From Horticoccus luteus (GTDB lineage: Bacteria; Verrucomicrobiota; Verrucomicrobiia; Opitutales; Opitutaceae): a stretch of DNA of 32,000 nucleotides. Position 1 is the first letter of the stretch, and each line of letters begins with the position of its first letter. The stretch lies in the NCBI RefSeq assembly GCF_019464535.1, contig NZ_CP080507.1, positions 180,001 through 212,000 on the forward strand, read 5' to 3'. The position numbers and the translations under genes were made by a program. Below are positions 1 to 8,693 of the stretch, in pieces. The notes beneath the pieces are model-generated. The model was given only the letters and a program-made list of their open reading frames with translations. It was not told the DNA's origin and searched no databases.

Positions 1-1541
1 CCACGTTCAGCACGAGCGGCGCCGGGCAGGTCACAGCGTTTGTGCCGGAGTCGGATGGCCGCGTGGTCATCGGCGGAAATTTTGAAACCGTTGACGGTCA
101 GCCGCGCTTCAACATTGCGCGCATCTTCCTCGGCGGCACGGCCGCGCAGCACCTTGAGCTGAGCGCGGATATTGGCACGGTCACCTGGGTGCGCTCCGGT
201 GCTTCGCCAGAATTGGCGGGGGTGGAATTTGAAACGGCGCCCGATGGCCAGTCGTGGACCCCCCTCGGCACCGCCACGCGCGTGGGCACGACGAGCAACT
301 GGCAGCTCAGTGGATTGTCGCTCGCGAATGGGGCTGACGTGTTCATTCGGGCGCGCGGCGTCACGCTCACCGGGCCAAACACCTCTTCCGGTCTGCTGCA
401 AAGCGCGCAGGAGTTTTACACCGCGGGCGTGCCGGCGATCTCCAGTCCCACGACCGTCAACGCCGCGACCGGCACGGCGTTCTTCTACGGCATCAAAGCC
501 TCGAATTCGCCGACGACTTATGCGGCGACGGGATTGCCCGCGGGCCTGACCATCGACCCGGCGACCGGTTTGATCTCCGGCCAGGCGACGCAAACGGGCA
601 CGTTCACCGTCAATCTCACCGCGACCAACGCGAACGGCACGGCGAGCGCCACGCTCACGTTGATTGTATCGACCCCGGCCGCCAGCACGGCGGCGCGGCT
701 GGTGAACCTCTCGGCGCGGGTGGGCCTGACCGGCAGCGGCGCACCGGCCATCAGCGGTTTCGTCATCACCGGCAGCACCGCGCGCAGCGTGTTGGTGCGG
801 GCTGCGGGTCCGGCGCTGGCGCATTACGGCGTGCAGCAACCGGCTTCGGCACCCCGCTTCACGGTGCACACTGCTTCGGGGGCTGTGGTGCTCAGCGCCG
901 CCGCGTGGGATAGCAGCAACGGCCTGAGCACGGTCTTCGCGCAACTCGGCGCTTTCCCGTTTGATACCGGCAGCGCCGATGCGGCGACCGTTGTGACGCT
1001 CAATCCGGGCGCTTACACCGTCCACACCTCGACCGGCCTCGGCAGCGATGGCATCGCGCTCGCAGAAATCTATGATTCGGCCGCCATCGCGGGCGATACG
1101 ACGCGCCTCGTCAACTTGTCCACGCGGGCGACGATCTCGTCCGGTGAAGGCGTCGTGATTGGAGGCTTCGTGATCCACGGCACCGGGACGCGTCGCATGC
1201 TGGTGCGCGTGGCCGGACCGGCCCTGACCGGTTTGGGCGTCGCGGATGCGGTCACCGATCCCGTGCTTTCGCTCTACAACGCGTCCAACGTCGAAATCGC
1301 GCGCAACGACAATTGGGAAACGCCGGTGACGGTCGCCGGGGCCTACCCGGCGGTCAGCGCCAGCGAGATTTCGGGAAGCGCAGCGACGGCGGGTGCGTTC
1401 GCATTCGCCAGCGGCAGCAAGGATGCGGCGATCATCGTCACCCTGCCCGAAGGCACTTACACGGCGCAGGCCATGGGCGTGCTGGGTGCGACGGGCGAGG
1501 CGTTGATCGAGGTTTACGAATTGCCCGACCTCGCCCCGTAA
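1..1541 (+). CDS. Secreted/surface repeat protein, 5'-partial (frame open from the window edge). It has a putative Ig-like domain followed by two tandem copies of a ~130-140 aa C-terminal module
   Basis: Frame 3 has no stop from nt 3 to TAA at 1539-1541, so the track ORF 42..1541 begins at an internal GTG. Third codon positions are strongly G/C. 'PTTYAATGLPAGLTIDPATGLISGQATQTGTFTVNLTATNANGTASATLTLIV' resembles bacterial putative-Ig (cadherin/dystroglycan-type) domains. A module starting 'RLVNLS[AT]R' and containing 'G(F)VI.G...R..LVR.AGPAL' occurs twice, at nt 696-1076 and 1104-1523. Confidence 0.75.
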   Translation, partial: TFSTSGAGQVTAFVPESDGRVVIGGNFETVDGQPRFNIARIFLGGTAAQHLELSADIGTVTWVRSGASPELAGVEFETAPDGQSWTPLGTATRVGTTSNWQLSGLSLANGADVFIRARGVTLTGPNTSSGLLQSAQEFYTAGVPAISSPTTVNAATGTAFFYGIKASNSPTTYAATGLPAGLTIDPATGLISGQATQTGTFTVNLTATNANGTASATLTLIVSTPAASTAARLVNLSARVGLTGSGAPAISGFVITGSTARSVLVRAAGPALAHYGVQQPASAPRFTVHTASGAVVLSAAAWDSSNGLSTVFAQLGAFPFDTGSADAATVVTLNPGAYTVHTSTGLGSDGIALAEIYDSAAIAGDTTRLVNLSTRATISSGEGVVIGGFVIHGTGTRRMLVRVAGPALTGLGVADAVTDPVLSLYNASNVEIARNDNWETPVTVAGAYPAVSASEISGSAATAGAFAFASGSKDAAIIVTLPEGTYTAQAMGVLGATGEALIEVYELPDLAP

Positions 1542-1557
1542 GCGCGGGCGCGCTTAC
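1538..1557. terminator. Perfect 8-bp hairpin (GTAAGCGC-GGGC-GCGCTTAC) between convergent genes. Both stop codons lie in the stem
   Basis: Read directly. The 5' arm at 1538-1545 contains the TAA of the + gene (1539-1541). The 3' arm at 1550-1557 contains TTA, which is TAA of the - gene (1554-1556). There is no U-tract on either side. Confidence 0.35.
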
Positions 1558-3047
1558 CAGTCGTCACTCCGAAACGGCGCCGCGGGCAAACCGGCGCCGT
1601 TAAAGAGGTTCGCCTGCGGGACGTTGCTCCAGGCGTAGCGCACCGCGACGGGATGCGGCACGCTCGGTGACCGCACGACGAGGGTGCCCCGGTCGATCTT
1701 TCCTTCCGCGGGATGAAACACGCGGTCAGTCCCCGCGACTTCGAGTGACTGCAGCGGTTTGTCGTAAGCGACCAGACCGCTCGTCACGTGCGTGAACCGC
1801 ACGCGCAACGCCGAGCCTTCCGGTGTGGCCGAGGCGAAGACCGGCCCGCTCGCGTCGCCCGGAATGTCGTAGACTTTCGTTTCCGCCATCAGCGCCAGTC
1901 GGCGGCCGACCTCCTGTTTGTTGCGCGGGTGAATGTCCTTGGGGTCGCCGATGTCGAGGGTCACGGCCATGCCTGTCGCGGGCAGGGCGAGCGCCTCGGC
2001 CTGCGCCTCGCGCAGGGGCGGCCAGAAATCCGTGCTCTCGTAAGAGGAGATTTGCACGAAGTAGAAAGGGAAATCGCCCTCGCCCCAGAGCGCGCGCCAA
2101 CTGCGGATTAACGCGGGAAACAACGCGCGATATTCCGCCGGGCGCGGCGCGTTGGACTCGCCTTGATACCATAGCACGCCGCGCATCGCGTAGGGGGCGA
2201 GGGGCGCGATCATGCCGTTGAAGAGCCCGCTGATTTGGTAGGGCGTGCCGGGGCCGACCGCGGGTTGGGGCCACGGCAGCGTATTTTTCGTGTGCGTGGC
2301 TTTGGCGTGCGCCGAGGCGGCATCCCACGCCGCCTTTTCCGCCGCGTAGGCCACTTGGCGCGCCGGAAACACTGCCACGTCTTTCGCCCAGCGGGCATGC
2401 ACCGCGGCAAACGCGGGATCGCTCAGCGTGAATTCGCTCAACCACGATTCGATCGGGGTGCCGCCCCAACTGCTGTGAATCAGCCCGATGGGGACGCCGA
2501 TTTTGCGATAAACGTCGCGCGCGAAAAAGTAACCGACCGCGGTGAAGTGGCCGACGTTTTCGGGCGTGGCGGCGAGCCAGCCGGACGTGGCAACGGCGTC
2601 CGCGGGAGTGTCCGCGACGGCGTGATCGATGCGGATGTGGCGGATGAGTGGCGCGTTGGCCGCCGCGATCTCGGCGGTCGCGTTCACCGCGCGGTCGACG
2701 GGAAACTCCATGTTGGACTGGCCGGAGCACACCCAAACTTCACCGACGACGACGTCTTGCAGGGTGACGACGTTTTTGCCCGTCACCGTGAGCGGGGCGC
2801 TTTCGGCGGAGGCTTCCAACGCAGGCAGGAGCGCGATCCAGCGGCCATCGCGCCCTGCCGTGGCGCTGACGGTGTGATCGCGAAAGGTCACGGTGACGCG
2901 TTCGCCGGGATCGGCGCGGCCCCAGACGGGGACGAGCGCGTCGCGTTGGAGAACGGCGTGATCTTGGAACAGCGAGGCGAGCGTGACATCCGCGCGAGCG
3001 GAGGCCGCGCCAGCGAGCGCCGCGAGGGCGAGCAGAAGGCGTTTCAT
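1554..3047 (-). CDS. Sialate O-acetylesterase-like carbohydrate esterase (SASA/DUF303, SGNH-type), secreted
   Basis: 497-aa ORF with signal peptide MKRLLLALAALAGAASARA. It carries the family hallmark blocks 'VCSGQSNMEFP' (GQSNM nucleophile block) and 'VLWYQGESN'. It lies 18 nt downstream of the PhyH gene on the same strand. Confidence 0.85.
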   Translation of the reverse strand: MKRLLLALAALAGAASARADVTLASLFQDHAVLQRDALVPVWGRADPGERVTVTFRDHTVSATAGRDGRWIALLPALEASAESAPLTVTGKNVVTLQDVVVGEVWVCSGQSNMEFPVDRAVNATAEIAAANAPLIRHIRIDHAVADTPADAVATSGWLAATPENVGHFTAVGYFFARDVYRKIGVPIGLIHSSWGGTPIESWLSEFTLSDPAFAAVHARWAKDVAVFPARQVAYAAEKAAWDAASAHAKATHTKNTLPWPQPAVGPGTPYQISGLFNGMIAPLAPYAMRGVLWYQGESNAPRPAEYRALFPALIRSWRALWGEGDFPFYFVQISSYESTDFWPPLREAQAEALALPATGMAVTLDIGDPKDIHPRNKQEVGRRLALMAETKVYDIPGDASGPVFASATPEGSALRVRFTHVTSGLVAYDKPLQSLEVAGTDRVFHPAEGKIDRGTLVVRSPSVPHPVAVRYAWSNVPQANLFNGAGLPAAPFRSDDW

Positions 3048-3065
3048 GCGAAGGGGTGGGCGGCG

Positions 3066-3875
3066 TTAGTGCGCCGCGCCTTGCCACGTCTCGCCGCACG
3101 CGCCGCCGTCAGTCACGGCGGTGACTTCGTAGTCGGCGGAGTCCGCGAATTTCACGAGTGGCAGGTAAAACTGGGAGATTTGCTGGACGTTGCCCGCCGC
3201 GTAATGGCCGATGAAGGAGCGGCGGAAACGCGTGGGGTGGCGGTTGGGGCCGGAGCCGTGGATCAGTTGACCGTGAAACACGAGCGAATCGCCGGGCTGC
3301 AGGCGGACGGGCACGGCCTTCATGCCTTTCGGGATGCGCACAAAACCCGGCGCGAACGATTCGCCGAGGTGCGCGTTTTCGTTGCAGAGGAGATTGCCGC
3401 GGTGGGAGCCGGGCACGACCATCATGCAGCCGTTCTGTTCGTCGCAGACATCCATCGCGGTCCACACGCCGACGCAGGTGCCGGGTTGCACGAGCAGGTA
3501 GAGGTTGTCCTGGTGCATGGCCTGGCCGCGCGAACCGGGCGGCTTGAAATAATACATCGTCTGCGCGGCAACGGGCTCGGCGCCGAGCGTGGCCGTGAGA
3601 AGGGCGCGGATCTCCGGATGAAGCAGATAGCGGCGGGCGACGGCGTTGAAGCGATGCGGATGGACGACGCGCGGCCAGTGCGTGAGCGGATCGTTGGGAT
3701 CGGTGATCTTGTCGCTGTAAATGCGCTCGGCGTCGCCCGCGGTGTGAATCGCCTCAAACTCGGCGATGATTTCCGCCACTTCAGACGGGGAAAACAACGC
3801 CGGCACCACGAAGTAACCGTCGCGTTCGTAAGCTTCCTTGAAGGCGGTGAGATCGCGGACGGGGCTCGGGGTCAT
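3066..3875 (-). CDS. Phytanoyl-CoA dioxygenase (PhyH) family Fe(II)/2-oxoglutarate oxygenase
   Basis: The track ORF is 3066..4166. The start was chosen at the ATG of 'MTPSPVRDLTAFKEAYERDGYFVV' (CAT at 3873-3875). This is a typical PhyH N-terminus and avoids overlap with the divergent gene. The HxD motif 'AMHQDN', distal His 'FHGQLIHGSGPN' and 'RRSF' fit the 2-His-1-carboxylate plus Arg pattern. An alternative start is at 3974. Confidence 0.8.
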   Translation of the reverse strand: MTPSPVRDLTAFKEAYERDGYFVVPALFSPSEVAEIIAEFEAIHTAGDAERIYSDKITDPNDPLTHWPRVVHPHRFNAVARRYLLHPEIRALLTATLGAEPVAAQTMYYFKPPGSRGQAMHQDNLYLLVQPGTCVGVWTAMDVCDEQNGCMMVVPGSHRGNLLCNENAHLGESFAPGFVRIPKGMKAVPVRLQPGDSLVFHGQLIHGSGPNRHPTRFRRSFIGHYAAGNVQQISQFYLPLVKFADSADYEVTAVTDGGACGETWQGAAH

Positions 3876-3972
3876 ACGGCGCGGACGTTGCACGTTTTTT
3901 CCCGGCAGGCGAGCGAATCGCAGGATTTCGCGCCCGGGGTTGCCGGTCGCGGCGAGGCGGGCAACGTGGAGC
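3876..3972. promoter_or_regulatory. Divergent intergenic region between the PhyH operon (-) and the S9 homologue (+). Presumed to hold promoters
   Basis: Assigned by position only: 97 nt between the two inferred start codons. No promoter consensus was recognised with confidence. Confidence 0.3.
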
Positions 3973-6078
3973 ATGGCGGCTTCGTTGCGATGGCTCGGGA
4001 GCGGGATGATCTTGGTGCTGGCGCCGGTGCTGATCGCCGCGCCGCGCGCGATGACGGTGGATGATTTGCTCGCGCTGCACCGCGTGTCCGACGTGCAGCT
4101 TTCGCCGGATGGCCGGGAGGCGGCGTTTGTCGTGACGGACGTCGTGAAGGCGGAAAATCGCACCAATAGCGATATCTGGGTCGTGCCAGTCGGCGGCGGC
4201 AGTGAACCACGGGCGCTGACGAATTCGCCGCGCGACGATCAGCACCCGCGCTGGTCGCCCGATGGGCGCTGGATCGCGTTTGAATCGAATCGCGATGGCG
4301 CGCGGCAGATCTGGATCCTGCCGGTGGCGGGCGGTGAACCGCGCAAGCTGACCGCGCTGGCGACCGAGGCGGGGCAACCCGTGTGGTCGGCCGATGGGCG
4401 CGCGCTGGCGTTTGTGTCGGCGGTGTTTCCGGAGTATTCCACGCTGCCGCCCGCCGAAGCCGATCGGGCGAATCGCGAACGTTTGCTGGCACTTGCGCGC
4501 CGGCCGGTGAAGGCGCGGGTGTTCACGCGGCTGCCTTACCGGCAAGGCGACACGTGGGACGACGGTCGGCGCCGGCATCTATTTGTAATGCCGATGCAAC
4601 AGGGTGGCGCGACCGCGGAACCGCGCGACATGACGCCGGGCGATCACAACGCCGTGGCGGACGTCGGCGCAGGCGCAGGTGAGGATCTTTTTCCGGCGGG
4701 CGACGGGTTCACCTTTTCTCCGGATGGCGAGGAATTGATTTATGCGACGGCGGCGGAATCGCTGCGGGGAGAAACAGCGGGCGGTGACGGTGACCTCGTG
4801 GCCGTCAATCTGCGCACGGGAGAGCGCCGGCTGGTCGCGAAGACGTCAGCGAACGGCGGCGCGCCGCGTTTTTCGCCGGATGGGAAGTGGCTGGCCTATC
4901 GCGCGCCTGCGCGACGCGACGCACGATCCACACGTGGCCAGTTGATGGTGCATAACCGCAGCACTGGAGAGACCCGGAGTCTCACGCCGGATTTTGATCG
5001 CCCGGTGAGCGAGTGGGCTTGGGCCCCGGACAGTGCAGGGCTTTATTTTACGGCGCCAGACGACGGTCGCCGACCGGTGTGGGCGGTCCGCCTCGACGGC
5101 GAGTCGCCACAACGTGTCGTGGCGAATGGCACGAACAGCGCGCTGAACATCACGCCCGATGGCCATGCGCTCGTGTGGCTGGCGCAAACGTTGACGCAGC
5201 CGCCCCGCGTGATGCGGATGGCCCGCGAGACTGGCGCGACGACGGTGTTGGCGGACCCGAATCGCGCGTTACTCGACGAGCTTGCGCTCGCGCCGGCCGA
5301 GTCGGTCACGGTGACAGGCGCGGGCGGAGCGAAGGTTCAGATGTGGGTTGTGAAACCGCCGAGGTTTGCTGCCGGGCAGAAATATCCGGCGGTGCTGTGG
5401 GTGCATGGCGGACCGCGCGAGGCGTTCGGGGATGCGTGGTCGTGGCGTTGGAATCCCGCGCTGTGGGCGGCGCAGGGTTACGTGATCGCGTTGCCGAATC
5501 CGTCGGGCAGTGCGGGCTTCGGGCGGGCGTTGGCCGACGCGGCTTCGGCGGACGGGAACGCGCGACTGTATGCCGATCTCATGGCCTGCACGGATTGGCT
5601 CGCGCGACAGCCTTATGTGGATGCAACGCGTCTGGCCGCCGCGGGCACGGCTTATGGCGGTTTCATGATCAACTGGTTTCAGGGCCACACGACGAGGTTT
5701 CGCGCGCTGATCAGCGAGGCGGGCGTGTATAATTTTTCGTCCATGGCCGGCATCTCCGACGAAGCGTGGCGCCTCGAGGACGGCCCTGGAGCGCCGTGGG
5801 AAGTGGAGGAGGGCGCGCGTTTTTCGCCGCATCGTTTCGCGGCGAATTTCCATACGCCGGAGCTGATCCTGCACGGTGAGCAGGACTTTCGTGTGCCGGT
5901 TGGCGAGGCATTGCAGCTTTTCACGGCGCTGCAACGGCGCGGGGTGCCGTCGAAGCTCGTGCTGTTTCCGGACGAAGGTCACGGGCTGCGCAAGCCGCTC
6001 AACCGCGAACTCTGGCACCGCGAAGTCTTCGCGTGGCTCGCCGAATATCTCGCCGCGCCGCGCGCGGCGCCGCGTTGA
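3973..6078 (+). CDS. Beta-propeller (PD40/TolB-like) plus S9 prolyl-oligopeptidase/acylaminoacyl-peptidase-family protein. The nucleophile Ser is replaced by Ala
   Basis: The track ORF is 3838..6078. The start was chosen at ATG 3973, which gives signal peptide MAASLRWLGSGMILVLAPVLIAAPRA. PD40-like repeats are present: 'SPDGRWIAFESNRDGARQIWILPVAGGEPRKLT' and 'SADGRALAFVS'. The C-terminal alpha/beta fold has 'ELILHGEQDFRVP' (Asp) and 'LVLFPDEGHGL' (His). The nucleophile elbow reads 'AAAGTAYGGFM'. Confidence 0.85.
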   Translation: MAASLRWLGSGMILVLAPVLIAAPRAMTVDDLLALHRVSDVQLSPDGREAAFVVTDVVKAENRTNSDIWVVPVGGGSEPRALTNSPRDDQHPRWSPDGRWIAFESNRDGARQIWILPVAGGEPRKLTALATEAGQPVWSADGRALAFVSAVFPEYSTLPPAEADRANRERLLALARRPVKARVFTRLPYRQGDTWDDGRRRHLFVMPMQQGGATAEPRDMTPGDHNAVADVGAGAGEDLFPAGDGFTFSPDGEELIYATAAESLRGETAGGDGDLVAVNLRTGERRLVAKTSANGGAPRFSPDGKWLAYRAPARRDARSTRGQLMVHNRSTGETRSLTPDFDRPVSEWAWAPDSAGLYFTAPDDGRRPVWAVRLDGESPQRVVANGTNSALNITPDGHALVWLAQTLTQPPRVMRMARETGATTVLADPNRALLDELALAPAESVTVTGAGGAKVQMWVVKPPRFAAGQKYPAVLWVHGGPREAFGDAWSWRWNPALWAAQGYVIALPNPSGSAGFGRALADAASADGNARLYADLMACTDWLARQPYVDATRLAAAGTAYGGFMINWFQGHTTRFRALISEAGVYNFSSMAGISDEAWRLEDGPGAPWEVEEGARFSPHRFAANFHTPELILHGEQDFRVPVGEALQLFTALQRRGVPSKLVLFPDEGHGLRKPLNRELWHREVFAWLAEYLAAPRAAPR

Positions 6079-6080
6079 CG

Positions 6081-6103
6081 TGGCGGCACCGTGCGCGCCG
6101 CCA
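6081..6103. terminator. Hairpin between convergent genes (TGGCGGC-9 nt-GCCGCCA)
   Basis: A 7-bp perfect inverted repeat, read directly, lies in the 41-nt gap between stop codons 6076-6078 (+) and 6120-6122 (-). There is no U-tract. Confidence 0.3.
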
Positions 6104-6119
6104 GTCGGCGGCGAAGCCG

Positions 6120-8579
6120 TCAGGCGAACGCGATTTTCGCGGGCAGGCGCAGCGGCTTGAAATGCCAGTCGGGACCGTGGGTGTGCTCGGGCGCATCGGC
6201 GGGGTCGGCGAAGTTTTTACGACCGATGATTTGATCCGGGCTCACCACCGGCCAGTCGCCGTAAAGATAGCGGTGCGGGCCAAAGGTATTGAACGTGCTC
6301 GGCACGAGTTCGAGGCGCACGCGATGGGCGCCGGGCGTCACGTGGGGCGGCAGGGCCACCGACCACGCCGGGCCCCATGTCCAGCCGAGGTTGACGCCGG
6401 CGAGCTCAACGCGAACCGCATCGCCGGCGAGATTGAGGAGGTGCAACGCGCGGGCTCCGGCGGGCACGGTGAGCATGGTTTCGGCGACGACGCGCGAACC
6501 CAGAAACGGATATCCCGCCGCGGTGAGTTCGGCGTTCGCGGGGGGCGGCGTCGCGCTGGCGAAAAACGGGCCGCGCGTGCGTCGGGTGGCGGTGGGGCCG
6601 TCGGCCCATGCACTGCGGCTGAGCACGGTGAATTTCCCGCGCAGCCAGCACCAGGCGCGCGGGAGCGCGGCGCTCGTGCGAAACCGGAGGATGTGCGGAC
6701 CATCGGCGAGCGGCGGCAGGTCCGCGCCGGTGCCATCGTCGTTGGGGAGAAAGGCGATGGGGCGGTCGTCGACGCTCAGCGCGACGACGGTGTCCGCGAA
6801 CGCGAGTCGCAGCGGCGGTTGCGCGGCGGGTGAGAACGCCAAGTCGAATGTGGCGCTAAAGAGCCCGTCGGCTTCGCGGGTCGGTTCGAGCAGCCACGCG
6901 TTCTCCGGGGCCTCGACAATTCGCCAGTCGAGCGCGGCCGCCTCGCGCGAAGGACGCGCCGTGGGCGTGTCGGCAACCGGCGCGGCGGGGGCGGCTGCGA
7001 GTGATTCAAGGTCAGCGCGCGGCCAGGTCGCGGGCGCGCCGCGCAGTTCCGCGCCGGCGTCCACGATGAGGCGGGCGTAGCTCATGCGGCCGAGGTGGAT
7101 GCGGCCGTTTTCGCAGCGGCCCTCCTCTTCGAGCGTGCGTTCGTCGGTGACGTCGTAAGCGATGCCGGCGGCTTTCAGGCGGTTGAGTTGCGCCAGGAAG
7201 GCGGCGTTGAGGCGACTCGCGGGCGTAGCGGGAACCGTGGAGGCGTTGTGCTGGTTGGTGTGCATCAACTCCCACGGCTCATATACAGCCATCAGGCCGC
7301 GGTAGGGCGCGACGACAAGCGTATCGACCGGCGCGGGCGGATGCGCGGCGAGTTCGGCTTTCACGCGGCGCAACACTTCGGGGTAAACATCGCGCCAGGT
7401 GAGGTGCAGTGGCTCGGAGGGCGGCCAGTCGGTGATCGCGGGTGTATCGAGGCGATACTGACTGAGGTGCATCACGAAATCCGTGAGTCCGTGGCGGCCG
7501 AGCCAGAGCAGATAACGTTCGAGATCTTCGGGCGAGGCGCCCCAACCGGCGCCGCCGAACGCCTCGACCATGCAGCGCCCGTCGCCGAACTGGCGCGCGA
7601 CGGCAGCGGCTTGGCGCGGATAGAAATCGAGGGAAGGAAAACGTTCGAGCGAGTCGATACCCGGCGCGCTGAACTGGCGGTAGAGTCGATGAAACGAGCC
7701 GCCCATCGGCAGTTGGAACAAGGGGTGTTCCTCGCCTTTGATGTGGCCGAGAAATTTTTTACCGTGCGCATCGCACCACGCGCGATACGGCGCGAGAAAG
7801 CCGGCGGCGAAAAGGTCGGTGACGAGTTCCCAATATTGCACGCGGAATTCCGCCGCGCCTTCGCCGTGTGCGAACACGAGGGGCAGGCGCTGGGCGAAAT
7901 CGGGGCCGAAACGCGCGCGCAACTGCTCGGCGAGCACGGGCGACCAAGGCGCGCCGGCGGGGTCGGGCATCGGCGGTTTGATCGCGCCGGATTCGGGTTC
8001 ATCCGTGAAGAACGCCTCGACGTAATCCCACGCCGCCGGCGCGAGCCCGGTGCGATAGCGTTCATGGATGAGATCGAGAAACTGGTGCATCACCCCTGGG
8101 TTGAGCGCGTCGATGCCTTCGACGGTCCGCGGCGCCATGTGCCAGGTGCGCGCGCCGGGAGTGCCGGGCGGCACGAGCGCGTTGTGCGCATCGACGTGGA
8201 AAGAGCCGAGGGCGTTGGCCGGCGGTTCCGCGAAGAGATCGAGCCGCACGGCGGCACTGGCAGGGAATTTCGCGAGGAGTTGCCCGTCGGCCGTGCCGCT
8301 GGGCCAGCCGTTTTCGTCGTAAATCCAGAAACGCAGCCCGATCTCCTTCGCGTAGAGAATCGCATCCGAAACCTCCCGCAGGTAGTCGGGGCTCATGTAG
8401 GGCGGGATGCCGGGATAAAAGCGCGGATGGAAAACGACGCCATCCATGCCGGCGGTCTGCAGGTCGCGCATTTGCTGGCGGAGACGCGCTTGGTCGAGCG
8501 GGCCGTTGATCGACCAGAAAGGATAGAAGCGGGGCGCGAGGTCGCGCGCGTGGGCGGAGGCGGGGGAAGAAAGAGGCAC
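6120..8579 (-). CDS. Putative cytoplasmic glycoside hydrolase-like protein, family not assigned
   Basis: 819-aa ORF with a GTG start and no signal peptide. The N-terminus 'FYPFWSINGPLDQARLRQQMRDLQTAGMDGVVFHPRFYPGIPPYMSPDYL...LRFWIYDENGWPSGTADG' resembles the N-terminal TIM-barrel-like region of large uncharacterised bacterial glycosidases as I remember them. It is divergent from a sugar ABC importer. The functional call is weak. Confidence 0.6.
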   Translation of the reverse strand: MPLSSPASAHARDLAPRFYPFWSINGPLDQARLRQQMRDLQTAGMDGVVFHPRFYPGIPPYMSPDYLREVSDAILYAKEIGLRFWIYDENGWPSGTADGQLLAKFPASAAVRLDLFAEPPANALGSFHVDAHNALVPPGTPGARTWHMAPRTVEGIDALNPGVMHQFLDLIHERYRTGLAPAAWDYVEAFFTDEPESGAIKPPMPDPAGAPWSPVLAEQLRARFGPDFAQRLPLVFAHGEGAAEFRVQYWELVTDLFAAGFLAPYRAWCDAHGKKFLGHIKGEEHPLFQLPMGGSFHRLYRQFSAPGIDSLERFPSLDFYPRQAAAVARQFGDGRCMVEAFGGAGWGASPEDLERYLLWLGRHGLTDFVMHLSQYRLDTPAITDWPPSEPLHLTWRDVYPEVLRRVKAELAAHPPAPVDTLVVAPYRGLMAVYEPWELMHTNQHNASTVPATPASRLNAAFLAQLNRLKAAGIAYDVTDERTLEEEGRCENGRIHLGRMSYARLIVDAGAELRGAPATWPRADLESLAAAPAAPVADTPTARPSREAAALDWRIVEAPENAWLLEPTREADGLFSATFDLAFSPAAQPPLRLAFADTVVALSVDDRPIAFLPNDDGTGADLPPLADGPHILRFRTSAALPRAWCWLRGKFTVLSRSAWADGPTATRRTRGPFFASATPPPANAELTAAGYPFLGSRVVAETMLTVPAGARALHLLNLAGDAVRVELAGVNLGWTWGPAWSVALPPHVTPGAHRVRLELVPSTFNTFGPHRYLYGDWPVVSPDQIIGRKNFADPADAPEHTHGPDWHFKPLRLPAKIAFA

Positions 8580-8693
8580 GAGGGAAAAGGGGGAAAGGTA
8601 AGGACGACTTGGGCGGAGGTTTGGTTCTTTTCAAGCGAATCGCGGTTCCTACACTCCGCCAGCTTGCCCCTTTTGTGCCTCCTCCGCCGTCTC

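Noticed and set aside
3972-3975. Alternative PhyH start at 3974 sharing a CATG with the S9 homologue's start at 3973
   Set aside because: It would make two divergent genes overlap at their start codons with no room for promoters. It would also add a 33-aa extension with no PhyH similarity. The downstream ATG (3875) was preferred.
2235-4064. 609-aa + strand ORF spanning the esterase and PhyH genes
   Set aside because: It is antisense to two ORFs with clear family motifs. Its product is R/G/A-rich low complexity with no recognisable motif. This is a typical shadow ORF of GC-rich DNA.
7095-8693. N-terminal ~530 aa of the 999-aa + strand ORF 7095..10094
   Set aside because: This part is antisense to the 819-aa hydrolase-like gene and has no motif content. 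Only the last ~467 aa, from about 8694, look like a signal peptide plus solute-binding protein.
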